A stretch of DNA of 64,000 nt from Trichinella spiralis (taxonomy: Eukaryota). This document shows positions 9,814 through 23,543 of the stretch, in pieces. The notes beneath the pieces are model-generated. The model was not told the origin of the DNA. It saw only the letters and a program-made list of their open reading frames with translations, and did no database searches. The stretch is from the NCBI RefSeq assembly GCF_000181795.1, contig NW_003526947.1:416422-480421 (forward strand), read 5' to 3'. Every line of letters begins with the position of its first letter. Position 1 is the first letter of the stretch. The position numbers and the translations under genes are program-made.

Positions 9814-12800
9814 TCAAATTTTAGCAGCATAGGCTTCAACAGATGCCGGTATTTCAACAGTCTTCAAGTCGACATCACAGGGCTCAAAATTGAGCAAATC
9901 ATTTGCGTTGAGATAATTTTCCGGTATTATGGTCGGCTCATTGCCGGTTTCCGTTTCTTTTCTCAAAGCCAACAGTTTTTGTTTGACGTTGCAAATAAAA
10001 CTAGCGGAAACTTTCGGTTCGTAATCTCTAATCGGGCTGTAATGCCTCAGCACGTTGATAATCTAAATGGACATTATTTAGAGCGTACATTTTTTCACAG
10101 AAGACATATATGCTTTAGTCGACCATCTGGAACTAAAGTTTCTTTTCATTTGTGCCAAACGTTTATATCAAATGCCAAAAAAAACAAATTAATTTCTATA
10201 TGCTTTCTTATTTTGCATTGATTTAAATGTGTTGTTAAAGTTAGGACGGAAAAATTGAAAAATAATTTGTTCACAACTAACTTGAGATACTTTCAGTGAG
10301 CTGCAAATTTCATTAAAGCCTTGAATATCCGCGTCTGTTTTTCGGGCCTGAAGTAAATTAGCAACTTGTAACAGTGGTTGAAGAATTATTTCGATTTGTA
10401 CAAATTGATGCTTTTTAAACCATTGTACAAGGACACAAACGTTGTGCCTGAAATGCACCCATTAAGTAACTTTAAAATGCAAATTGCTCAAATATCTGCT
10501 TCCTATTGTGAAAAATTAATTTCTTCAAATGCACATCAGTGAATAAATAAAAATTAAATAAAAAAATATCTAATTATTGGGAAAGAATTGATCATGCTTA
10601 AACTTACTTAATTCGAACACCACTTCTTAAATTGCATAAATCTCGTCGAAACATTAATTCGTTGAACGAGACAGTTAATATTAACTTTGCAATATCAGAA
10701 AATAAACACTGCATAGCTTCAGCATCAAATGGCACAATCATCGCTGCATTGTGAACAGTATCCAACTGAAATACCACAGTCACAAAAACCAAAAGTAAAC
10801 AATGTATAAAATAACAATACATGATGAATAAGCATTTCCATGTGTTTATCTTCAAATTTTTTGCCTTCTTTAGCACCACGTTTTGTAATACATTTATTTA
10901 CATCATCTGATTTGAACTCTAACAAAGCTGGTACTAAAACAACAGAACAAAACAAATAATTAATAATAAAATTTATGCGAAAAAAGCAACAAATAAAATG
11001 TTGCTGTATTTTCGTTTCAAATGAAATATCGAATAATGCGTTTATGAAAGTTGAAAATGAACTTACCAAGCAGTGGACAAATACGAGGTGCGATGCACTC
11101 GTGAAATAAATTTCTGTAAATGTTGCTGACTTGCCACTGACAGTGAGAAAGAATAATTTGAGGATTGGTTCGGCGAAATTTGTATTTTTCAATTAAATGC
11201 TCAATAGCCGGAGTAGAAAATTGCTGCAAATTGAAAACAACACTATTTATTTATTTATTTATTTATTCAGTAAAGCTTGGTTCGAGCTCATATTACCGAA
11301 CTGCCACTGTATTGGGATAGAAGATGGTTTAGCCGTCGCATATTCTGCAGCCAAAATAAAAACAAAAAACATGACGTTGAGTCCTGAAATTATATTTTAA
11401 TTATTCAAAGTTTTCTTTGATTCTTGAAAATGACTTACAAAAAGAAATACTGTTATTGCATTCTCTACTTCAAAATATAACTGAGTCGACTTTTCAGGTA
11501 TACCAAGAACATCATAATAACGAAAAGCAAGAAGCAAAATAACCGGTAAGCAAGTCTGATTTTGATAGCATTCTAAAAACATGAAAATCAAAGTATTCCA
11601 TATATATATATACATAAACCACTTTTTCATATTACCGTTCACGAGCGCATTAACAAACCCAACATGGTCAAATACTTGCAAACTAGGTGACAATTGGCCA
11701 TTTTCTAGAAATTATCGCTTAATTGAAAAGCTTGGATTTCTTGAAAAACTTATTACTTTTAGCCGTTGTTGACGAAGACAAGCAATCATCCATGTTCTTA
11801 GCAGGAAGTATTTCACTTTTGTTTGCCTCCATCAGAAGAACGTGTAATAAGTTTTTCATTATCTGTAAGATACATTTACTATTCACTTTTTGCAAAATAT
11901 TGAGATAAAGCATTCATCAATTACAGTATCTTTTTTCAAACGTTTCACAAATTCTTCTCTGAACACGGTGCTAGAAGTGCACTCGTTGAATATCTAAAAA
12001 ATTTTACTCCTTTTTTAGCGGCATATCTTTTACAGTTGGAAAACAGTTTGATTCACTTTGAAAATTAGTTGACATTTTTCGAGTCCATCATCATTTTCTG
12101 AACAACGACATTCGTTGACAGATTTAGCAGAAAGATTTGCATTTTCTAACTTTGGTTCTTTTGCCATCAGCAAGCTGAAAGCAAACAACATAAAACAAGC
12201 AAAACAGCCTATTTATTTATTATAACTATTATTCTCTGGTTCAATTTCAAATGTATTAAAATGAAAAAAAATATTTTCCCTTCAACAGACAAATTTCATT
12301 AAATTAATACTATACAAAATAGCTATTATTACTATTCACAACAGTGCATATTATTAAAACTAATTAGCCAAGTATTCCACGTAAAACTTTACACTTCATC
12401 TTTTCACTTATCAAAGGAAAAACAAAAATCGAATACACATCACTTCAATTATTTTTACTGTTCACTAATTCATTATTCAAATCAACATGCTATATGCATT
12501 GTATTTTCTAAAATGCTGACAAAGTACAAGAAATAGAATAAAAACAAATATTCATACCTAGTGTCAAAAGCATTATCGTTGTTGTTGATTTCAACGACGA
12601 CGGACGAAATTTTCGATAAAGCATCATTTATTTGTCTCGACTGAAGCTGTGAACTTGGTATTAAATCTGAAAAATATATGTTTGAAATTTAATTAAAATT
12701 TCTACTTTCAGTTAATCAAAAATCGCACTGGTCTGCTTCTTTTTCAACCAAGTGCGCATATAACGTTGAATAATTATCGCAGCTTTCGTTTTCTAAAAAA

Positions 12801-15800
12801 GAGAAAAACAATAAATTATCCGTCATAAAAAAATAATTAATATTGCTATAATAGATGTACTTTTTGAAAAGTCGATCGTACAAGTATCGCTCTACCGTAT
12901 GATTGCAAATTGAGCACGACATTCCGGATCAACAAGTATCGTTTTCGTTGGATGATCATTTTGAAAAAGCTTTGAATTGCAATTGCAGCTCGATGGATTT
13001 GTAAAAATTTTATCCTTCTGCTCATGAACAAAGAACGAAAAAAAAATAACAATTAATAATTTTGAATAATGGATTGATTGAAAGAAAAAAAAAAGAAATA
13101 GACCAATAATGACCAGCTCCACCTCCAAACTAACCAAGCGAAACAGGCATTTTGAACTGTTCTGGTAGCGGTTTCTATTTTTCGAATATCTCTGCGAGCG
13201 GCGATAAATTTTCGAACACACTTTTGAATCAACAGTACACTTTTATTCAATTTCGTGTGTCGTTCTGCTTCCAAAAGCGCAATTTGACCAGTACGAAAAA
13301 AAATTTTCGTCGATCCAAATTCAAAATTTTCATTCTCAAAAAATAAATAAATAAATAATTTATTTATTTACTGTACGGTGAGAAAAATTTCGAAACAAAC
13401 AACCACAAAAAATAACACTCACATTCAGAAAGCGTTCACAAATTTGACGACATTTTTCTGACAGGGTTGTGCTTTGTTCATTTCTTTCTTTCATTGTGAG
13501 CAATAAAAAATATCTCTCAAAAAATGATTCATATTTCCACCTGAAATATTTAAAAACATATGCTTTGTATGGAATCCGTTTGTAGAAAATTAAAATTAAT
13601 TTATCATTAATATCAACTGCTCACTTGCAAGTAAAATAACCGAACTAGTGAATATCAAATGTTAATTTCTTTTTTCTCATATTCAATATAAGTACATTTT
13701 AAAAAATACCGAGTTGGATGTCCAGCGGCAGATATTTTCAATGTTTCCAATAAACTACAAGCTGTAATTTGTTGTATCGTACGTGCATTGTTAAATGTGA
13801 ACGGTAATTTTTCATCATTGGGCTTAATGCAACGCACATAATGAGGATTTGTGCTGTTCAAAGTATCCATCAAAGTAGACAGTGATTTTCTGAACTAAAA
13901 ATACAAAATCAAAATAATTGAAAACACTTATTATCAACACAAATTATTAAAACTATTAAACTAAATGAAATGATAATGAACCTGACTACCAACGGTTCGT
14001 TTCGATGATTTCTGCAACTGTGGACAGGAACCCGCTTGCAACAGCTGAACAAGAAAACAATTCTAAAATTCATTTTTCCTCATTTATGAATAAATATATT
14101 AATTAATCAAATAATGATAATATCAGGCAGCACGTTCAATTACTCGAGAATTGCGCAACACTTCATTGAAACTTTCATTGACAGTATCTAAATTTTTCTT
14201 CACAAAATCACGCACACAGTATTTCACAGTGCCAGCATAGTGAACAACCAAAAATTCATCACCGGCTATAGCGGGCAGTTTGAAAGAACACGACTCCCGA
14301 CACTGCTTGCTGTTTTTCAGCTCATTGTAAAAATTATTATCACTAGGTCTTGGCAACTATACAAAAGTTATAAAATTAAAATATCAATAAAACACTTATA
14401 AATATTTCACTTTATTTTCTTTTCTGTCAACACAACATGAGAATTCAAGTGAAAACAGTTTGGTGTATTTTATTAATATAACGTATCAGAAATTATTTTC
14501 ACACTACGGTAGCATTCAAAATAATAAAAATTCATATCTGCTCATATTTATTTGCTTTTAATTTATTCATTTATTAATCAACTCACCTGACACTCTTGAT
14601 CTAATAGGCTGAATATTCCTAGACGTGCTTCAAACAAAAGAAGACAAGCTTCGTTGTCAGGAAAGTCAATAAAAGACCAACATATATTTTCCTTAACATA
14701 TTCTTCTTGTTCAAGTTTAAAAACATGCTGTAAATGTATTGACAAATTATTTTAAAATTGTATATTATTATATATTTAAAAATTATCATAACACTGCAAT
14801 AGAACAATAACATATTAAAAAAGCGAATACTTACTTTGTAAAATTGCTGCTGTAATAATTCATTTGCAAAATTAATGCAAAGTTGTTCAAAACTGTTTGT
14901 TGGAAATATTTCGAATCTAAAAAGTCACACATTTAGAAAGCTAACATAACTTTGCATACTTTTACCCATAAATATCCAAGACACCGATAAAATTCATCTC
15001 TGATAGAGGAGATTTTTCAGACAAACGGTCATTGATTTTCTTTATGATCCATCGAAAGAGCGATTCGTAAATATACTTGCATATACCGTCTTTGAGAGCA
15101 TCTGCCTTGAAGAAATGGAAGAAAAAATAAACATAAAATATTAATTCTTTATAATAATAATAATTCAGAAAATTATTAAAATAGTACATCAGCAGAGTTG
15201 AGTTGTCGATGAACAACTTCCCGGCGAATTGCCAATCGTTGATAGGTGAATTTCTCAGCCAAATCTTCTTCATTTAAGCCCAGCAGTTCACAACATCTGT
15301 TCAGATCGTTGGCAGAATTTTTACGAATAGCTTTTTTATTGTTCGCTTCACCTGAGAAACTGAGGTTACCAAAATGCAAAATTCCAATCAAAACTGCAAA
15401 TATTTCACGTATTTCGTCATCTTTAAATCCTTAAAAAAGTAAACTGAGTATAAAAATATTGCACATAAAAATGCATATTTGTACACAGATATACAAAAAA
15501 TACCGAGTATTTTAAAGCAATTGACAGTTTCTTCAAATTTTTTCGAATCATTAGCGGTTAGCATGCAAGCATCTTCATTTGAACATAAATATTTATAACT
15601 GCTATGATGCTCTAAACAAATGTATAAATAAATTTATTTTCAAGACAACAAAAAGAGAGGAAATCTTGCATACTCATATTGAAACCCTTTAACAAAGGAG
15701 TGCTTTCTCTGGCAGTGGACATTTGATAAAAGATGTGATAGTTACGCTCACATTTACCCTAAAATCAGCAACAGTTGTTAGAAATGTCAAAATTGATTGA

Positions 15801-16897
15801 ATAAACTTCTATTGTAGATATTCTTTTTCTCACTTGAAATGATATGCGAGATTTTTCGAGTAGATAAGCTTCCATCTTTGCCCCGGATGCGTTCAATCGA
15901 TCGTCGAAAAATATACGAGTAAATTTACCAAATCGAGAACTGTTATCATTTTGAACGGTTTTCGCATTTCCAAAAGCCTTGTAAAGAATGCAAAGCAAAA
16001 GAGCACAATGAAAGTATAAGAGATGAGAAATAAATTGGCAAAATTACCTCAATTAATGAATTGCTAGCGATGATGAGTGAATCGATCGCGTGACGATGTG
16101 CGCAGGCTTGAGTTAAATATCTGAACACATGGTTGGCCGATACTGTTTTGCCGGCTCCACTTTCGCCGGAAATTATAATTGACTGATTCTGCTTTTGTTG
16201 ATCCAATGACGAAAACGCTTCTTCAGCAATGCCAAATATGTGCGGATCGAGCTGACGAACATTCCCATTTCGGTACAGCTTATAAATTGACTTATCGTAC
16301 AAGTCTACATCTTTGTACGGATTCACAGAAACCAACACAATTCCTAAATTAAAAAAATATTTTTTTAAATATACATATACTTTTTTCACTACTAAAACAA
16401 CCAACATGGTTTGCATACCAAAGTAAGTGTAAATGCATTCTCTTTCGAAGCGATTCTTCAAAGCGTAAAGTATATCTGGTTCTTGAATATAGCTCAGAGA
16501 GGTCAAATCATTACTGTCCATCAAAAATTCAGGATTGCGCAACAATGGCAATTCACTTTTTTTAGAAAATTTCAATTTTACTTTCTAATCAAAAGAAAGC
16601 AGACAATAAAAAAACAAACAAACAAGGAATAAAATAAAATTCTCACTTTGTCATTTTCCAATTGCAGGGTCAAAAAATGACCATCGTCAGCTGTTGAATT
16701 TTCAATAATATTCCCAGAAATCCAAATTTCTTTGTCATCCGCTATCCAAACACTTGTCCCCTGTGCATCGTGTAATTATGCAACACGAACAACGATATTT
16801 TAAAAATTACAACAAACTTATTTAAATTTACTTTTGAATAGTTGGTCTGGAAAAACCGACTGTCGTCGAAATCGTTCTGCTTTTTTATTTTGGTCAT
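9814..16897 (-). CDS. hum-2: Unconventional class V-like myosin (multi-exon): motor, ~5 IQ motifs, short tail, DIL/globular tail domain
   Basis: N-terminal [25 protein letters not shown]-loop [39 protein letters not shown] motifs at ~12730-13230; DIL-like [11 protein letters not shown] and [16 protein letters not shown]-terminal VEIPAS. GT-AG exon boundaries throughout. Orthology to hum-2/MYO5 is inferred. Confidence 0.85.
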
Positions 16898-17792
16898 TTT
16901 TTCAACATTTTCACACTTCAAAACAGAAAAAATTAAAATTATAAAAATCAATTCAGCAAATTATTCCCTTCACCGTCAGTGGTGATAATGCAATTTTAAA
17001 ACTGAATCACATGAATAACAATCGTTCGCACACTTTAAACTTCCTTCTACAAAAATTCAAATTCATCACAATTATGCAAACAAATTTGTGAATCTTCCCA
17101 ATGACATGCAAATTTTTAATCACTCTACCTCTAAGGAGACAAACATTCGGCGCAAGTCTTATTCAATGGCTGAAAAGGGAATGCAATTATTCAAATTTAC
17201 GCTATGGACACAAATGCACTTTGTCGCCTACGCCACGAACTACTGTGCAAAACTGTTGTTATGAGTCGTGGGCAACGATAACCTGAAACTATATTTATAA
17301 CTGCATTTCGCTTGGGTTTATTGTCATTACTGTTCTGGAATGTAGATTTAACTCCACAACAGAACTGATATTATACCTTTTAAATGCAAAATATACGCTG
17401 CAGTTGGCCAAATGGAAGGAACTGAACTTCTCTTTAAATTCAACGCTCTTTCCTTGAATTAAACGGCTTGAATTGTCATTGTCTAGTTGATGATCGCCTC
17501 GCAGTTGAATGCAAGTGCATTTTCAGTGTTCCAATCATACCAGAAGCTAATTCTGTAGTATGCAAATTTTTACAAAAACTCAGTTAATCTTACGGAAAAG
17601 ATCCCTTCGTTGACGACACAATTGTCAAATATTTGTTAATTAAGCAAGAAAAATAAAGATTTGTAAAAAAAAATACTTTCCTTTTAATCACTGAAAAATA
17701 TTTCAACTCAACAAACAGAATAATAAAAACAAAAACCTTTTTATTCATCACTGATATAAGGACAACAATAATTTTTGCTATCTTCAGAAGCG

Positions 17793-20206
17793 TCATTTTT
17801 TCTTGCCTTGCAAACCTGCTCCAGCGTTAAATTTGAATAAAATAATATCTCCATCTTCGACAACATAATTTCTGCCCTGTTGACGATACTTTCCTGCAGC
17901 CTAAAAATTAATCCGTTCAGCGTGACGACTAAAGAGAAAAGTAACAACAAAAGTTGAAAAAATTCAAGTGAATTTATCAAATTTAAAATATATTATTTAA
18001 AAAATTAAAAGCAATTTGAACAACTCCTATAATAAAATATTATTATTATTATTATTAAATAGAACGAGAATATTTGTTTACTTTCGCAGCTGCTTCACTT
18101 CCTTCATTTTTGAAATCGTCAAATTTCATTACTTCTGCCATTATAAAACCCTTCTCAAAATCGGTATGAATTCTTCCCGCTGCCTGAGGAGCCTTCGTTC
18201 CTTTCTTAAACAATCCAAAATTCATACTTATTTGTAAAATTAAAAAAAAATCAGAAACAACAAAGCAACATCACCTGTATTGTCCACGCTTTCACTTCAT
18301 CTTTTCCAGTTGTAAAAAAATATTCAAGCTGAAGCACTTTGTAGCCTGCATTAATAATTTTTTCCAACGCACTTCTGCATCCAACTTCCTCTGTATTCAA
18401 ATTACTTAAAAATAAACAAATAAAATCTTCAAAAAATGACATGCTCTTTTATTACTACAACATACTTCTCAGAGCAACGTTTTTTCAAATACTCCTCCCT
18501 TTCATCAACTGGTAGTTCATAAAGATGACTTTCCAACATGCAACTAAATGGAATCATAACAGCGCCTGGATCTTGTTCATCAATTTGAGCTTTTATTCTA
18601 GGAAGCCTTTAAAAAACCAAATTAAATAAAACTAAATAACAATTCCACATTCACATTATTATTATTAAAATCACCATTTATTTCTCTTCTGAATGTAATC
18701 TTGTTCAGACACATTAACCAAATATACTACTGGTTTCGCGGTCAGAAACAAATGCTTATTTAATATATCAATCTGCAAAATAAAATGAAATAAAATAAAA
18801 CATCCCTTTTTTTCTGAATCTTACCTGCTTGTCATTCCAGGTTTGAAAACGAACATGACGGCAATCCTCTTTCAAACATTTCTGAACTAATTTTAATGTT
18901 TCCTGCAAAAAAAAATAAAATTTGAAATGAAAAAATTGGGAAACTTCCAAAGAAGAAGCAATAAACTCACAAATTCAAACATTTTGCTTTTATCATTCGC
19001 TCGAACGACAGTTTTTTCCATTTTCTCCAAAACCCCATCCACATACTGTATATCTTTCAGTCGCAACTCATCAAAAATAATTTTCAAATCTCTAACAGGA
19101 TTGACATCACCTTCGACATGAGTTACATCCTCTTCTTCAAATGCGCCTATACAGACAGACATAAAACACTTGAATATAAAATGCTCAGTGTTCAACTGAT
19201 CATGCACATCTTATTGCAAAAGCATGACCAATGCATATTTAACTTGTGAATCATCAATTTCATATACAAAACAATATTCATAAATAATAAACAACTGATG
19301 ATTCGTCTGAAAACTTTAAAATTCATGGTTAAAGGTGCATCACATCATTAAATAAATAAATTTATTTATTTATACTAGTATATCATAATTTCTTGTAACT
19401 CAAAACAACAATTCCGTAAACTAATTTAAAAATAAAATAAGAAAAAAATGTCATTCAATATACATGTGGATTCAAAATCAAAAATGTTCAACACTCACGG
19501 CACATCATAAACAAAGCATCACATGCACTGATATGTGAAAGAAATGCATTTCCCAATCCTTGTCCTTCGCTGGCACCTTTCACCAAGCCCGCAATATCAA
19601 CTACGTTGAGATATGCTGGCACTTGACTGAAATTCAAAAAAAAATTAACCAAAATAATGTTCAGAAAATCGAAAATAGTAAGCAATTGTTCTATCAAAAA
19701 TTACGCGACAAAAGCATCGAAACAAATCTCAAAATTCATTTCAAAAATAATTTCAATTGCATACCTGACAGGCTTGTAATAATCACACAAAAAATCAAAT
19801 CGTTTATCTGGAACAGCAACACGACCTGAAAATTTCACAAATAGAAATGCAAATTTACACCAACTCATTTACTTTCATTTGGATCAATGGTACAAAATGG
19901 ATAATTCTCTGCTGGCACTTGATTTTTGGTCAAAACGTTGAAAAAAGTAGATTTTCTAAAATATTTTCAAACTTTAATAAGACAGCAGCAATTAAATATA
20001 TCATTGAAGCTACACAAATTTTGACACTATATTATGTTTTCTTTATACAACTTATATTTTATATACTTCATCATGCGTAAAACAAACAATAACGTGAACA
20101 TTTACCCCACATTGGGCAATCCAACAATTCCAATCTTCAGATTTGATCCTATTCGGCCAATAATTCGATTTGGAGCCTGGACGGATTCTTTTTGTTTCGG
20201 AGGCAT
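17793..20206 (-). CDS. ola-1: Obg-like ATPase 1 (YchF/OLA1), multi-exon
   Basis: MPPK...[112 protein letters not shown]...KKK*. Confidence 0.97.
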
Positions 20207-22310
20207 CTTCGCTATCTACAAAAGCAATTGTTCCAGACATTCAAACAAAAAAAATTCAATTTTTAATCGTAAAATTGAAAAGAAAAATTAAAATCTTTAT
20301 TCATTCCACTAACTGAATCCTTAGGCTTTTCACTAAAACTGATTCAAAAAGAAGTTCATCAAATCACTCATATTTAATAACACAGTTAATAGAAGCAAAA
20401 TATAGCTATAAAAGCATAGTAAAAAAAATTATGCCAAAAACAGGAAGCGCAGCTACTGCACAGCAAAATAATTTCATTAATAGCACAAGCATATTCATAC
20501 TGTAGAATGCATGTCAAAATAGAATACTGTAGTTTTTTTCAAAAATTATAAAAAATATGTAATATAAAAAATGAATATGTAAATTTTATCAGAAGGATCA
20601 CTTGAAATTTAGTTAAATAAATTTATAAATTTTGAAAATTCTAAAAATAACCATCCTGAAAACAACTACCATGCAATTGTACTAGTTATAATCATTCAGC
20701 AATATATTAGTTATTTGGAGAATCTGTACTTTTGCAAGAGTTTGAAGATGTTTGCAATGAGATACAACTATATTTTACAATTGATTGCACAGTCAATTTA
20801 TTGAAGTTACTGTTTAACTTTCCTCCGAAGATGATAAAGCCTCTTCGTGGATTTTCAATACTTGATAAATAGAGATTTCAATTCTCATCATCTCATCGCG
20901 TTTACTTCATAACACATGATCTGCAATTACAGTCTTTAAAGCTTGAACTGAATGTAAGACTTTACATTATACTGAAATATGCCCCGTATTGCAAGGGATA
21001 TTGGTAAACTCATTCTGTAAACTATACGTTTTCCTTACAGTAAATAAGTATAACTTTATTTATTCTTATTTGATGTTACTTTTTTATATGATAAATGTAG
21101 TTTAAAATTAAATATGGCTATAAGTAAAATAATTTTTTCCGAAGAAATAAAATTATGCTATGATGTGGACTTATATCTTTTTAATGTTTGCTTCGTCTTA
21201 ATCAGATATGCTTAACGGAATCGATCATACCGATAATTGTATTATTATGTAAGGTGAATATTAATACATTTACTACCATTTTATTTAACATTTGCCGTCA
21301 TGTAATTTGATTAAGTTTCACCTTAAAGTTTACAAAGAATTTTCTCCATTAGAAAACATCAAGAATATATCAATTTCTTTTAAATATGTACTGTATATAA
21401 TCTATTTTCAAGAGCAACATGCAATAATTTCACCAGTTTGCAAATTTAAAAGATATTTTTAAAATTAAAATGCACCATAAGTTTTAACTGTTCATGTGAA
21501 AAGAAAAATTGATTATTATATGGATATTGATTTGTTTCTATTAAACTAGCTGTGTAGTTGTTTTCAAGGAACATACTTTTTTTTTGTTGGGATACCATAT
21601 CCTGTGCGACGTCATCATTGCAACGTCGATCCATTTGTCGTTAAGGTTGGTACCTTCTTCAAGTAGCTACTTTTAGTGAGTTTTTTTACTATTCTTACGT
21701 ATACATTTTGAGGGATGAAGCGGGATAGAAATTAATTGTATTATTTTTCTTTTTTGTGCGGTCAAAAATCAACTCAACAGATGACATTTCAGTGCCACTT
21801 ATATTTACGAGAAGTGAAGTTTTTATTTGAAGGGTTAAATTTGTTAATTAAATGGATATTGTTTGTATTTGTTATAATTTCATGACAAATTGTGTTTTAT
21901 TACAAAATTCTGAATTATTGATAAGTCACATTCCAGTATGTAATTGTACGTACTTAGAAACATAAGGATTCACGAAGAATGTTTTTCGCTGAAGAAACAA
22001 AAGAAATTTTATTACAAAAAGATTTTATCAAAAGTTAATTGGAAATATTGTAGAATTGAGCACGAACTGTACTACTGGGTAATATTTTTTTGTTTTACTT
22101 AGTTTCATTCAGTTGTTGAAGAAATCAATTTATGCTGATTAATATATTTCTCAGTTGATGTATCATGCCAGAATGTTTTAATTAAGTTGCATTTCTCTGT
22201 ATGTTTATTGATTTATATGTACTTAAATATCAGTATTGTTTTTATTGAAATTTGTTGAGTATTTAAATAAAGTTCTATCTTGTTCAACAGATACTGGAAC
22301 GTTGTTGAAG

Positions 22311-23543
22311 ATGGATACTGAACCGATGCAAACAGATGGTGTTTCAGTTGAAACTGACATTTCAAGAAGCGTAGAGAATTTAACAACACTTCAGCGTCAT
22401 CTTATTACCCAAATAACATTATTTATTCAATTATTGGCCCAACTTATATATGCACACCGCAGGAAACCGACATCATTGAACACGATAAGAATTTTTTTGG
22501 CAAAGTTGGGCGTGTTGTATAAGAAGCTTCCTAGAGGTCCATTCAGATATTTCGCATTCCAGAATTTATCTGAAGCTTTGAAAATGGCGACCGACTCAGG
22601 TGACATTATGAAATTTAATTTTTTGACGCGGTTTGCTAATAGTACAGTTTGCCATTACCCTGCTGCACTGCCGTATGCTCGCATCTCGTCGGACAGAAAC
22701 AAAATTTTTAACGATTCGCAGGATCTATTATTTTTGACTCTTGTGCGACATATTCCTGATTTCAATGCTCTAGTCCACGTTATTTCAAATTGTTTCTTCC
22801 CGCACATGAATCGAAACAAAATTTTAAAACGTTACAGTGAACTGTTGTACAAGTGCAAATATGTAACATTTGGAGATGTGGATGCGGAAATAAATAGACA
22901 ACTTTCAAGAATTCCTCTGGGCCCGCTTCCAGAGGGTGCTGTGAAACGTATTATTGATTATCCGAACAAATTTCTTCCACTTGATTTTCTCGAATTGAAA
23001 ATGCGAAACTTGATCGAACGAATATGTGGCGATGGCGCTGATGGCATTTTAAAAGCGGAAAAATTATTTGGATGCGAACTGACTTCTGATTTCCGTCTGG
23101 TATCTCGAGTGGTGGATCGTTCCCAAAACGCTTATACTTTAAGTGTGAGGAGACGTCGTCTGACGTTGAGCATCATATACGATCTGGAATTTATTAACAT
23201 CTGGGAAAAGTACATTACGAATTTTTCATCTGATCAAGCGATATTGTACGGTGCTGGGCGTGATGATAAAAACAATTTGTACAGCGTCTTGGTCACCGAC
23301 CGTGGAATTGAATTACATTTATTAGTGAAGTCTGATCACGAGGAGATGTACGATTGGCTTCTGAGACGCCTTTATCGGAAAAGACTTCGACCACTGATCA
23401 CTGCATTTCCTAAAAGTTTCATCGTCCCATTCAACAATCCGTGTATTCATTTTGCAGAAAGATGTTTTCACAGCTACTTTCTGCCCCACGTTTGTGAAGA
23501 AATGAGCGCATTTAAAATTGAACATCATCTGGGTTCTTTTTGA
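22311..23543 (+). CDS. Single-coding-exon ~410-aa protein with a GON4L/YY1AP1-like N-terminal region
   Basis: Long clean ORF with a CAG acceptor at 22290 before the ATG at 22311. Blocks QITLFIQLLAQ, IRIFLAKLG, FQNLSEALKM, FANSTVCHYPAALP and FNDSQDLLFLTLVRH resemble, in order, GON4L/YY1AP1 QHVQLLTQ, TRICLKELG, CNLMGAMQL, LATSKVFMYPELLP and FTKAEDNLLALGLKH (recalled alignment). Confidence 0.6.
   Translation: MDTEPMQTDGVSVETDISRSVENLTTLQRHLITQITLFIQLLAQLIYAHRRKPTSLNTIRIFLAKLGVLYKKLPRGPFRYFAFQNLSEALKMATDSGDIMKFNFLTRFANSTVCHYPAALPYARISSDRNKIFNDSQDLLFLTLVRHIPDFNALVHVISNCFFPHMNRNKILKRYSELLYKCKYVTFGDVDAEINRQLSRIPLGPLPEGAVKRIIDYPNKFLPLDFLELKMRNLIERICGDGADGILKAEKLFGCELTSDFRLVSRVVDRSQNAYTLSVRRRRLTLSIIYDLEFINIWEKYITNFSSDQAILYGAGRDDKNNLYSVLVTDRGIELHLLVKSDHEEMYDWLLRRLYRKRLRPLITAFPKSFIVPFNNPCIHFAERCFHSYFLPHVCEEMSAFKIEHHLGSF

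Noticed and set aside
12705..12730. Apparent premature stop after the fifth myosin IQ (IFD*)
   Set aside because: A GTGCGA donor upstream of the stop gives a normal ~60-nt intron that keeps the frame, so it is not evidence of a pseudogene.
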